A stretch of 64,000 bases of DNA. Origin: Oscillospiraceae bacterium (GTDB lineage Bacteria > Bacillota > Clostridia > Oscillospirales > CAG-272). The notes under the pieces are model-generated. The model did not search any database. It was given only the letters and a program-made list of their open reading frames with translations, and was not told the DNA's origin. The position numbers were made by a program, and so were the translations under genes. Shown here in pieces: positions 55,863 to 64,000 of the stretch (positions within the stretch are counted from its first letter, which is position 1; every line of letters starts with the position of its first letter). Where the stretch lies: positions 10,859-74,858 of the forward strand of contig SVQY01000001.1 of NCBI GenBank assembly GCA_015065135.1. The letters are read 5' to 3'.

Positions 55863-57560
55863 ATGACAGAAGAGATCCGCGCGAGGCGATCGCCGGTCTT
55901 TTGGTTTGATCTTCTATGCCCCATTGCGCTTTTTCTGCTCTCCCTTCCGCTCATCTACCGCTTCGCGCTGGTGGATCTGGACCCTCACCACACCGGGTTG
56001 ATGTACAAGACCGCCCTTGACGTGGCAAACGGCAAGATCCTGTTTCGCGAGACCTTTACTCAGTACGGTGCGCTCACCGTTTATCTGCAATCGCTGGCCA
56101 TCCTTGTGCTGGGACCGCAGATCACCTCGATCCTCTTCTCCTCTGCCCTCTTTTACGCAGCCTCCTTTCCGCTGCTTTACCTGACGGCGCGCCACTTCCT
56201 GCGCTGGGGCTCGGCGCTGGCCGCCACCCTGCTCACGCTGGCCGTCGCGCCCTTTTACTTCTGGCAATATCATCCCTGGTCCAGCGTTTACGCACTTTTC
56301 TTTTTGCTGCTTTCCCTATGGCTCCTGCAGCATGCATTTGCACAAAAAGCCCGTAAACGGTATCTGTTTTTTGCGCTTTCAGGCCTTTGCGCAGCCCTGA
56401 CCTTCTGGTGCCGTCAGCCGGTAGGCTTCGTCACCGCGCTGGCCGGTCTGCTCTGCATTCTGTTCTGGCTGATACTGCTTTGGAAGCAGAAAAAGAGGGT
56501 GCTGCTGTTCGGCCTTCTTTCCTACACAGGTGGGATTGGACTTGGCGTGCTTTCCTTTCTCCTTCCCATTGCGGCAAGCGGCGCAACACGCGATTTTACA
56601 AGGCAGTGTCTGACCAATATGGCCTCCTTTGCCGCCGACCGCGCGGATGAGGGCACCGGCGCGTGGGGGATCCTGCAGCACGTGATCTACAGTCTCTTCA
56701 GAGCCCCCCTGTTCGCAGACATCGCCGAAGACGTCGCGCAGCAGCCTCGCTTTGATCTGCTGTGGCTGATACTGCCGCTGCTGGCCCTTGGTATGGCACT
56801 CTGGCTACCGATCAGATGCATCCTCGGCTTGCGCTGCGGCAAGGAGCGGCTCCGTCCCACCGAAAGCGACGTGCAGCTGCTGCTCTTCTGCGTATTTGCG
56901 GTAGCCGCCTGGCACCAGTACTACCCCGTCGCCTGCTACCGCCATTGGTATTGGGGCGCCTTCCTCTGCATCCCCGTTTTGGTCCACGCATTGGAGAAAG
57001 GGCTCGAAAAATGTGGCTCGCATCCCCATTTCCCCTTTCTTGCCGACCAACGCAAGCGGATCCTTGCCACAGTACTGCTGCTCACGCTGCTCTTTTCCTT
57101 TGACGTAGGCTTCCGCGCGGTCAAGGGCACGCAAAAGCTGACCGAAACCCATCGCACCGAAAAGTTCGAGCACGCGACCTATACCCATCTGAATGGCCTT
57201 TATCTGACTCCCACCGTGCGCGAGCACTATGCTGATCTTACCGATACGTTGGCTGCGCTGCAGCAGCAATTCCCCGAAGCCAATGTGGTCAACACCACCG
57301 GCAACGCGCTATATGCCGTATTCGGCAAAAACGATTACACCGCTCCCGATGACTCGGACGCGGTATTTGATGAGCTCTATGAGGATTGGCTGACCGCTTA
57401 TATCGCCGACAGCCGTCCCATCGTGATCGGGCCCGAGGCGCCCGAGGGCTATCTGCTCTATCACACCCCCAAGGGATATGCGGGCGACCCTTATGCCCAA
57501 AGCCACGGCATGCCCGCCAACATTTATCTGCCTGCTGAGCTTTACGCGCAGCTACCCTGA
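55863..57560 (+). CDS. Polytopic membrane protein, GT-C-fold (ArnT/PMT-like) glycosyltransferase candidate
   Basis: More than 10 TM segments in the first ~400 aa, then a soluble C-terminal domain. AAAGGAGGG RBS before ATG 55863. The family call is tentative. Confidence 0.45.
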   Translation: MTEEIRARRSPVFWFDLLCPIALFLLSLPLIYRFALVDLDPHHTGLMYKTALDVANGKILFRETFTQYGALTVYLQSLAILVLGPQITSILFSSALFYAASFPLLYLTARHFLRWGSALAATLLTLAVAPFYFWQYHPWSSVYALFFLLLSLWLLQHAFAQKARKRYLFFALSGLCAALTFWCRQPVGFVTALAGLLCILFWLILLWKQKKRVLLFGLLSYTGGIGLGVLSFLLPIAASGATRDFTRQCLTNMASFAADRADEGTGAWGILQHVIYSLFRAPLFADIAEDVAQQPRFDLLWLILPLLALGMALWLPIRCILGLRCGKERLRPTESDVQLLLFCVFAVAAWHQYYPVACYRHWYWGAFLCIPVLVHALEKGLEKCGSHPHFPFLADQRKRILATVLLLTLLFSFDVGFRAVKGTQKLTETHRTEKFEHATYTHLNGLYLTPTVREHYADLTDTLAALQQQFPEANVVNTTGNALYAVFGKNDYTAPDDSDAVFDELYEDWLTAYIADSRPIVIGPEAPEGYLLYHTPKGYAGDPYAQSHGMPANIYLPAELYAQLP

Positions 57561-57603
57561 AAGCGCCGCCGCACGGCGGCGTTTTTTGAAATGAGGTGAC
57601 CCG

Positions 57604-58491
57604 ATGCGCAATCCGCAAAAAGCCTTACAAAAATACGGCTGCCCGCTGAATGGCAAGACGGTTCTTGTTACCGGTGCCAATAGCGGCATCGGCTATGCCG
57701 CTGCCGTGCATTTTTTGATGCTCGGAGCTGATCTGCTGCTGGTCTGCCGCAGCGCCGAGCGCGGCCAAAGGGCTACGGAGCAGCTGCAAGCACAGTTCCC
57801 CGGTAGTCGGATCGTGCTGCTGCTCGCAGATCTGGCAAGCAATGCTTCGATCACAGCACTGGCACAAAATATCGCGGAACGTGGTGAGAAAATCGACATT
57901 TTTCTCTCCTGTGCCGGGGTATATTATCCCAGCGTCACCACAACCGAAGATGGTCTGCCTATGACGGTTGGCGTGAACTACGTGAGCACTGTGCGCCTGA
58001 CCGAGGCACTTCTCCCTGCAATGCACGAAAACACCCACATCGTTCTCACCACCAGCCTGACCGATCGCTTCGGAAGGGTGTGCCGCGCCCCGAAGCCCGG
58101 CGCACACGAAGGCTTTCGCGCCTATGCCGAGAGCAAGCTGCTGCTTTCCGCCTATATCTGCAAAAAAGCCCGCCTACGGGGCGAGAAAGAACCGATTTTT
58201 ACTGTCGCGCATCCGGGCATTACCGCCACCTCGCTGTTAGACCCTGCCAAGACCTCACACCATCCGCTTTTTTCTAAACTCGGCCACGCCTTTCTTTATC
58301 TTTTCACCCACTCCAAGGAAAAAGCAGCGCTGACCGCCATATACGCCGCTTGCCACGGGCAAAACGGCGATTGCATCGGTCCTCGCGGTCTCTTTGGCAT
58401 CAGCGGCTATCCCCGTCGCACACAATTCTGCCGCAACGTGCGTCGGCAAGCGGCGCGCGGTAGTGACCCCTACATCGCAGATGCAAAATAA
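57604..58491 (+). CDS. SDR-family oxidoreductase
   Basis: TGANSGIGYAAA cofactor motif and a YAESK catalytic motif. Confidence 0.8.
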   Translation: MRNPQKALQKYGCPLNGKTVLVTGANSGIGYAAAVHFLMLGADLLLVCRSAERGQRATEQLQAQFPGSRIVLLLADLASNASITALAQNIAERGEKIDIFLSCAGVYYPSVTTTEDGLPMTVGVNYVSTVRLTEALLPAMHENTHIVLTTSLTDRFGRVCRAPKPGAHEGFRAYAESKLLLSAYICKKARLRGEKEPIFTVAHPGITATSLLDPAKTSHHPLFSKLGHAFLYLFTHSKEKAALTAIYAACHGQNGDCIGPRGLFGISGYPRRTQFCRNVRRQAARGSDPYIADAK

Positions 58492-58527
58492 AAAGGCACA
58501 CCGCCGTGATCGGCGGTGTGCCTTTTT
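58490..58527. terminator. Bidirectional intrinsic terminator
   Basis: GGCACACCGCCG-tgat-CGGCGGTGTGCC flanked by A- and T-runs. Confidence 0.85.
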
Positions 58528-58545
58528 ATATGATTTCAGATACCG

Positions 58546-61500
58546 TTATTTGGCTTTTTTCTTTTTTGCCACCACAACGGCAGCTGCCGCGCCGCCGCCA
58601 AGTACAACGACACCGGCCACGATACCGATCACAAGTCCGGTGCTGCCACCGCTCTTTTCGGCATCCTGCGGATTCTCCTGCTTGTCGGTATTGGCACCGT
58701 TTTCGGTGTTATCGGCACCGAGAGCCTCTATTTTTTGCGTTTCTACCTTGGGGCATACCGCACATTTGTGTTTTTGCTCACCATCGGTGGTAGCAGTGGG
58801 TTCTTTGATGATCTCCCATTCGCCAAAATCATGCTCAGACGTGGGTGTCACACGCTGTCCGCAGCCATAGCGGCAGACCTCGGAGCAAGCGAATTCACCT
58901 GCGTGAGGCAACGGTGTCACGGCCGCACCACAGTTCTTACACGTTGTGGAGTGGCAAGCCACCGCTCCCTCGTGAACAGCGGTGGGGATCACAGCCGTAC
59001 CGCAGCCGTAGCGGCAAATCTCAGAGCAAGCGTGCAGGCCCTCGTGCTCCTTTCCGTTCACGGCAGTGCCGCAACCGTACTTACAGATATCCGAACAAGC
59101 ACGTGCACCTACGTGATTCTGATAGGGAATGAAATAGGTCTCGCAGTCGGTGCAATAATCCGAGCAAGGATAGGCAAGACCCTGGTGACGTGCTGTGGCC
59201 TCTACCGCCGTGCCGCAGCCGTATTTGCATACGGTGGAGCAGCCGTGCTCGCCCTCGTGGTTCTTGTAGGGCGTAAAGCTCTGATCGCATACGTTACAAT
59301 GATCCGAGCATTCCCTGTCGCCCTGGTGCTTTGCCTGCGGTGTAACAGGTGCGCCGCAATCCGCGCAAACCTCGGAGCACGGATGCTCTACACGATGCTG
59401 ACCGGGAGTCAACTCGGTGCCGCACCACCGGCAGGTGGTGGAGCAGCTGTACAGACCCTGATGCGGCTGAGCAGGCGTAATGCTCTCACCGCAGTACTTG
59501 CAGTTCTCGGAGCAAGCTTTTTCGCCCTCGTGCTCATTGGGAGCGATCTCTGCAGCCTTATTCAAGCGATACATCGCATTAGGTACCCACTGGCTGCTGC
59601 TGAATTCTCTGCCATAGATCTCGATGCAGTTCTCATAAACGCGGAGATAGTAGCCCTTGCTGTCGTCCCATTTCAGATGGGTCTCGCCGTACAGGGTGTA
59701 GGTCTGGGCGTACCAACCCTGGTTATAATCGTAGGAAACGCCATCATCGTAATAACCCGTAACCAGATAGGCCACGGCGGCGGTATTGAATAGATAGTTA
59801 GGCAACGCATTGTTGGGATCGGTGGGGGCGGTGGGATCGTAGTAGTTATTGTACTCGGTCATATCCCAGTGGGTGTGGCCGCTGAACATCATGGCCTCGG
59901 GGTATTTCTTCAAAATGTCGCGCAGACCCTGCTCATACTGGCCGCGGGTCTTCCAAACACCGGAACTCTTCCAATCCCGATACGCCGCATCGCCCGCGAT
60001 AACACCATCCCAGTCCTGACGGGGCATGCCACCGTCAATGGTGTTATACAGGCCCTGATGGATCAAAATGAAGGAGGGACGGTTCGCATCGCGATCCTCT
60101 GCCAGCATCTCATCCAGCCAGTTCAGCTGAGCATCGCTAAGATACGCATGGGTAATGGCCGCCTCGCTGGCGAGGAAAATATAATGAAAGCCGTTGACCC
60201 ACAGATCGTAATAAGGCAGACCGTTTTCAATATTTTCTCTGCCTGCGGCAGAAAGGAATTGGTTGGCATATTTGATGAAGCGCTCCTTCTCCTCATTATA
60301 GAAGGAGGTGTAGGAGTTGGCAGCATCTCCCAGCTTATACTCATGGTTACCGGTGGCCATAAAGATGGGGGCGGAAAGACCGGACTGCTCCCAAAGCTCA
60401 TACAGGTTTTCATATTCGACCTCACGGCCATCGTTCACCGCATCACCGGCAATGAAAATGCCCGCGGAATCGGGATCGTTGAGCTTGATGTCCTCCAGCA
60501 TACGCGCAATATTTTTATTAAACTGGTCGGTCTGCGCATCCTGCGTATGAACGTCACTCACGATCTGGAAGGAGGTCAGCAGCTTGCCCTTCTCCTGCTC
60601 GGTCACGACCTTGCGGTCGGCAGGCAGGGTGATCTTGACACAGCTCTCGGAGGCACCCGAGCCGTTATAGGCATAGACCAGCAGGGTCTTCGCCTCGTCG
60701 GGGATCACGGTAGCGGGCGGCACGGTGATATTGGTGGTCACACCCGTCACCTTGCGCAGACCGATATAGGTGTATTGGGGCAGCTTGTTGCCGCTTTCGT
60801 CGCCCCAGTAGGTGAGAATGTGCGTAGGCTTGTTGTAGGAATTGTTCAGCGCATCCGCATCCACCGTAACGGAAAGCGTGCCGCCCGCAAGACCGGTGGT
60901 CTTATCAAAGCTGTATTCCGCCGCCGTGGGGGCAAGAGGCCCTTCGCCGCTGATGGTAATATTCACACGGGTGGCATGGTTCGCTGCGGTGGCCTTGCTA
61001 TCCGGTGCAAAGACCATATACAGGCTGTAGTCACCGGGAGGCAGCTCCCACAGGTGGGGATAGTTACCGGAGGTGCCGCTTTTGCGGATATCAAAGGTAT
61101 TGGTGCCCGCGCTTGCGATCGTCTGCCAGCGGATGGACCAGTAATTGGTATGCACGTCCTCATGCTTAGGGGAGATGAACACGTGGCAGTTGGCCGCAGG
61201 GGTGTGGGCGGTCACGGTGATCGGCTCGCCGTAGGCATAGGTCTCCTTTACCTCGATACAGGGCTCGATCCTGATCTGAATGGCGTGGGTCACAGTCTTG
61301 CCGTCTTCACGTTGCGTTTTATACAGCGTGCTGGAGTCCCAGCAGTAGACCAGCCAGTAGGTGCCCACAGGCAGAGAGGTCAGATGCTTTTTGCTGACCT
61401 CGCCGCCCCAGTCCACGGCGCGGCCGGCCTCGTTCATCCAGGTGGCACAGTTCTGGCGCATCGCTTCACCGAAAACGCCTGTTTTGGCCGTGTCGTCTTT

Positions 61501-62148
61501 GGTTTCCCGCAGGTCGTCCTGCGTGTCATCCGCATCGCGCCAGATCATAGTACCAAAGCTCTTTTTGGGCGTGCCGTTATCATCGCAGGGCACGATGCCG
61601 TACCAGGATTTATCCTTGGCGTTCTCCTGCTTTGTGGCGGTGACCAGGATCGGCTCGCCCACCACAAAGGTGGTCTTGTTCACCGTCATGGGGCCCGCAG
61701 TCACGGTGATATCGATGGCAGAGGCTTGGTCATAATCCCTTGCGCTTCCACCGCCAACACACCAGAAAACAGTCCATTCGCCGGGAGCGATGTCCGCACT
61801 TTCGAAACGGGCCTCTACTGCCGCACCGGTGCGGATGTCCACAGCCACGTTCAGTCCCATGCCCACGGAGCCGACACGGCCGTCCTTGGAATCCTTCACA
61901 ATGCGCTTATACCGCACCGAGCCGGAGCCGACCTTGCCCTTGGGGGCAATGCCGATCCAGTCGGTGCCCTCACCGACCAGGGGCGTGACCATGATCGGCT
62001 CGCCGTAGGTGAAGGTAGTCGTGGCTTCACCGTCTGCATTGGTAACGGTAAACTTTGCGGTGGTTTCCGCGCCGATCTCGATGGGCAGTGCCGCGATCAG
62101 CGGCAGCAGCATCAGAAGGCACAGACAAACGGAAAGAAATCGTTTCAT
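58546..62148 (-). CDS. Large membrane-anchored surface metallophosphoesterase with Cys3His repeat stalk (paralog B)
   Basis: Same architecture as 18017..21565: signal peptide MKRFLSVCLCLLMLLPLIA, YGEPI..DWIGI repeats, MPE motifs IVSDVHTQ, GDAVNDG, GNHE and SGHTHW, then a Cys-rich stalk and TM segment ending in KKKKAK. The start was moved to ATG 62148 (GGAGGGAA RBS). Confidence 0.8.
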   Translation of the reverse strand: MKRFLSVCLCLLMLLPLIAALPIEIGAETTAKFTVTNADGEATTTFTYGEPIMVTPLVGEGTDWIGIAPKGKVGSGSVRYKRIVKDSKDGRVGSVGMGLNVAVDIRTGAAVEARFESADIAPGEWTVFWCVGGGSARDYDQASAIDITVTAGPMTVNKTTFVVGEPILVTATKQENAKDKSWYGIVPCDDNGTPKKSFGTMIWRDADDTQDDLRETKDDTAKTGVFGEAMRQNCATWMNEAGRAVDWGGEVSKKHLTSLPVGTYWLVYCWDSSTLYKTQREDGKTVTHAIQIRIEPCIEVKETYAYGEPITVTAHTPAANCHVFISPKHEDVHTNYWSIRWQTIASAGTNTFDIRKSGTSGNYPHLWELPPGDYSLYMVFAPDSKATAANHATRVNITISGEGPLAPTAAEYSFDKTTGLAGGTLSVTVDADALNNSYNKPTHILTYWGDESGNKLPQYTYIGLRKVTGVTTNITVPPATVIPDEAKTLLVYAYNGSGASESCVKITLPADRKVVTEQEKGKLLTSFQIVSDVHTQDAQTDQFNKNIARMLEDIKLNDPDSAGIFIAGDAVNDGREVEYENLYELWEQSGLSAPIFMATGNHEYKLGDAANSYTSFYNEEKERFIKYANQFLSAAGRENIENGLPYYDLWVNGFHYIFLASEAAITHAYLSDAQLNWLDEMLAEDRDANRPSFILIHQGLYNTIDGGMPRQDWDGVIAGDAAYRDWKSSGVWKTRGQYEQGLRDILKKYPEAMMFSGHTHWDMTEYNNYYDPTAPTDPNNALPNYLFNTAAVAYLVTGYYDDGVSYDYNQGWYAQTYTLYGETHLKWDDSKGYYLRVYENCIEIYGREFSSSQWVPNAMYRLNKAAEIAPNEHEGEKACSENCKYCGESITPAQPHQGLYSCSTTCRWCGTELTPGQHRVEHPCSEVCADCGAPVTPQAKHQGDRECSDHCNVCDQSFTPYKNHEGEHGCSTVCKYGCGTAVEATARHQGLAYPCSDYCTDCETYFIPYQNHVGARACSDICKYGCGTAVNGKEHEGLHACSEICRYGCGTAVIPTAVHEGAVACHSTTCKNCGAAVTPLPHAGEFACSEVCRYGCGQRVTPTSEHDFGEWEIIKEPTATTDGEQKHKCAVCPKVETQKIEALGADNTENGANTDKQENPQDAEKSGGSTGLVIGIVAGVVVLGGGAAAAVVVAKKKKAK
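58729..59538 (-). repeat. Region encoding about 11 tandem Cys3His units of paralog B
   Basis: Same repeated unit type as paralog A, for example HEGEHGCSTVCKYGCGTAVEATARH. The region ends with HDFGEWEIIKEPTATTDG....KCAVC. Confidence 0.75.
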
Positions 62149-62347
62149 CGTTATTCCCTCCTTGACAAAATGCATCAAGTAGATCATATCATTTTTGACC
62201 AACGCGCGCAAGCCAAAAACTGCACGCAATTCATCAAAAAGTAATATTATCCTTTTGCTGTTTTCAGTTTATCACGAACACGCTTGACTTGGCAAGCAAA
62301 AAATGGTATAATCTATAGCAAGAAATTATTGTATAAGAGGTCAAAAT

Positions 62348-63187
62348 ATGGCAGGCTCCGCGCACCATCAGGAATACAATACCCACTCCACGCTGCTGAC
62401 CACCTATCACTACAGCGCCGCCAGCAACGAGGGACCCATCGGCGTTTCCCACTTTCACAAGAATTATGAGATCCTGATCCCCACCGCAGGTAGCACCGAG
62501 GTGACCGTGGATGGGAGGGCACATACGATCCGACCCGGAGAGGCGATCATGATCCACCCCTTTCAGATCCACCGGCTGCATCTTTCGGAAAACGCGCGGC
62601 TTTGGTGCTCGGTCTTTTCGGCACAGGTGGTGGGAGGGCTGAACGCCATCCTTTTGGGCAACAAGCCGCGGGACCCCGTTTTTCACCCGTCGGGGCACGC
62701 CACCGAGTTTTTTCTGCGGGAGATGCGAGCCCATTTCAGCGACTGGAGGGCGTGGCAGACGCTGACCAAGCCTCAGCAGCTGGCCGCCAAGGCCGCGCTT
62801 TATGCCGTCGGCTGCGAATACGTGGCCCAGGTCGAGCTTCTGCCGGACGGCAAGGACGGCAAGGCGGAAAACTTAGCGGCAGATGTGGCAAGATACATTT
62901 CGCAGAATTACAAAAACGATATTTCCCTACAGGATGCGGCGCGGGAGCTGGGCTACAGCTACCAGTACCTTTCCAAGAAGTTTCACGATCTGTTTGGTCT
63001 CAATTTCAAATCCTTGCTGAACCAATACCGCATGGAGCGCGCTCTGCGCATGCTGCAGGAGACCGCCCTGCCCATCACCCAGGTGGCCTTTGAAAGCGGC
63101 TTTCAAAGCCTGCGCAATTTCAATCACGTTTGCATGGAAACATTGGGCAAATCCCCCTCCGCGCTGCGCGCACGTGGCGCAAAATAA
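62348..63187 (+). CDS. AraC-family transcriptional regulator (cupin-like N-domain plus HTH)
   Basis: C-terminal double HTH (ISLQDAARELGYSYQYLSKKF...ITQVAFESGFQSLRNFNHV). Divergent from paralog B. Confidence 0.85.
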   Translation: MAGSAHHQEYNTHSTLLTTYHYSAASNEGPIGVSHFHKNYEILIPTAGSTEVTVDGRAHTIRPGEAIMIHPFQIHRLHLSENARLWCSVFSAQVVGGLNAILLGNKPRDPVFHPSGHATEFFLREMRAHFSDWRAWQTLTKPQQLAAKAALYAVGCEYVAQVELLPDGKDGKAENLAADVARYISQNYKNDISLQDAARELGYSYQYLSKKFHDLFGLNFKSLLNQYRMERALRMLQETALPITQVAFESGFQSLRNFNHVCMETLGKSPSALRARGAK

Positions 63188-63220
63188 CGCGATTTTTATG
63201 ACACGTGTCGCCATTTTCGC

Positions 63221-63268
63221 AAAAAGCCGCCGCATAGCGAGACTCGCTATGCGGCGGCTGCCTTTTTT
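63221..63268. terminator. Bidirectional intrinsic terminator
   Basis: 15-bp stem GCCGCCGCATAGCGA/TCGCTATGCGGCGGC flanked by an A-run and a T-run. Confidence 0.85.
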
Positions 63269-64000
63269 ATTCCTTTTCAAAGACCTCGATCACGGGGGAT
63301 TTGAGGATGCCGTTCTGGAACAGCTGATATTCGTAGGAGAAATCCTTGCCCTTGGTGTACCAATAGCCGGGCCCCTTCCAATCGATATTTCCGCAGCAAT
63401 GGAGCGCGGAAAAGCTATTGACACGGGTGTTGTAAAGGGTCAGCTCCAGCAGATGCTCGCCTGCGGGGAGCCCCTCGATCTCCAGTCGGTAGGGGGCAAA
63501 CACGATCCTGCCCACGTCCTTGCCGTCCAGCTTGGCGGTGACCAGCGCGCCGGTATAGCGCTCCACGCTGACCGCAATATCGCAGTCCTTGACCTTCAGA
63601 GGGATCTTATAGGTCAGCGCCGCACCGTAGAAGGGCATGCTCTTATCGGTGATCGGACCAAAGCCGATCGACCTCGGCATAGCCGTCACACTCGCCTCGC
63701 AGCCATCCACCTTCACGCCGAAATCGCCCAGCAGGAAGTAATTTTCCAAGCTGGTGCGCTTGCCGAGCGGTGCGCGGATGATCAGCTCATTCTTGCCCCG
63801 CTTCAGATCCGGGAGCTTGGCGGTAAAGATGCGTTTATCGGCAAAATAACCGTCCTTTTGGAGCTTTACCTCCCGGCCGTTGAACCAGACGCGATCCGCC
63901 TCCTCAAAGGCAAGCTTGCAGGGGGCCGCAACGGTGCTGCTGAAGGTAAATTTCAGATAAGGGTGAAGGGCCGCCTCGGTCTCACGGAGCACCCAGGGCT
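63267..64000 (-). CDS. C-terminal part of a large protein, probably the beta-sandwich tail of a glycoside hydrolase (5' end outside window)
   Basis: The ORF is open to the window edge with no stop. There is no catalytic motif in the visible part. The call rests on context (AraC neighbour) and beta-rich composition. Confidence 0.35.
   Translation of the reverse strand, partial: PWVLRETEAALHPYLKFTFSSTVAAPCKLAFEEADRVWFNGREVKLQKDGYFADKRIFTAKLPDLKRGKNELIIRAPLGKRTSLENYFLLGDFGVKVDGCEASVTAMPRSIGFGPITDKSMPFYGAALTYKIPLKVKDCDIAVSVERYTGALVTAKLDGKDVGRIVFAPYRLEIEGLPAGEHLLELTLYNTRVNSFSALHCCGNIDWKGPGYWYTKGKDFSYEYQLFQNGILKSPVIEVFEKE

Noticed and set aside
1-64000. Prophage, ICE, transposon, integrase or known defence system (restriction-modification, CRISPR-Cas, toxin-antitoxin with a toxin, retron, Abi).
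   Set aside because: No integrase, transposase, recombinase, reverse transcriptase, capsid or terminase, nuclease-helicase pair or methyltransferase motifs were recognised in any ORF. The only foreign-looking DNA is the 1-kb XRE/AbrB islet.

Overview
64-kb chromosomal segment of a fairly GC-rich Firmicutes/Clostridia-type genome. GC is roughly in the high 50s percent, judged by eye and not computed. The assignment rests on GGAGG ribosome-binding sites, TTGACA-17-TATAAT promoters, a T-box leader and GC-rich hairpin terminators; the taxon cannot be verified here. Gene density is high and mostly housekeeping: the origin-proximal cluster rpmH-rnpA-yidD-yidC-jag-mnmE, plus aspS, holA, proB, zapA, trpB, rarA, uppP, citrate synthase, rubrerythrin and tRNA-Glu(CUC). 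An accessory sugar locus at 2.4-11.8 kb holds four tandem xylose-isomerase-like TIM-barrel paralogs, a LacI regulator and three tandem clan GH-A glycosidase paralogs, with no transporter. Two paralogous ~1200-aa membrane-anchored surface metallophosphoesterases (18.0-21.6 kb and 58.5-62.1 kb) each carry about 11 Cys3His mini-repeats. RNA regulators recognised are a Trp T-box in front of a stand-alone trpB and a probable cobalamin riboswitch in front of a DUF4430 lipoprotein plus an ECF S-component. Observations worth a second look: (1) the 8-mer AACGGTAT, often extended to AAACGGTATCAAAAA, occurs at least 17 times in coding and intergenic DNA, about tenfold over my rough composition-based expectation; (2) a 3.6-copy 114-bp tandem array sits between rpmH and rnpA; (3) a ~1-kb low-GC islet with XRE and AbrB-type regulators is bracketed by near-identical hairpin repeats; (4) a MITE-like inverted-repeat element and multi-hairpin spacers lie in the GH array. 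No CRISPR array, transposase, integrase, rRNA or recognisable defence system was seen. The many very long antisense ORFs in the track look like codon-bias shadows of real genes.
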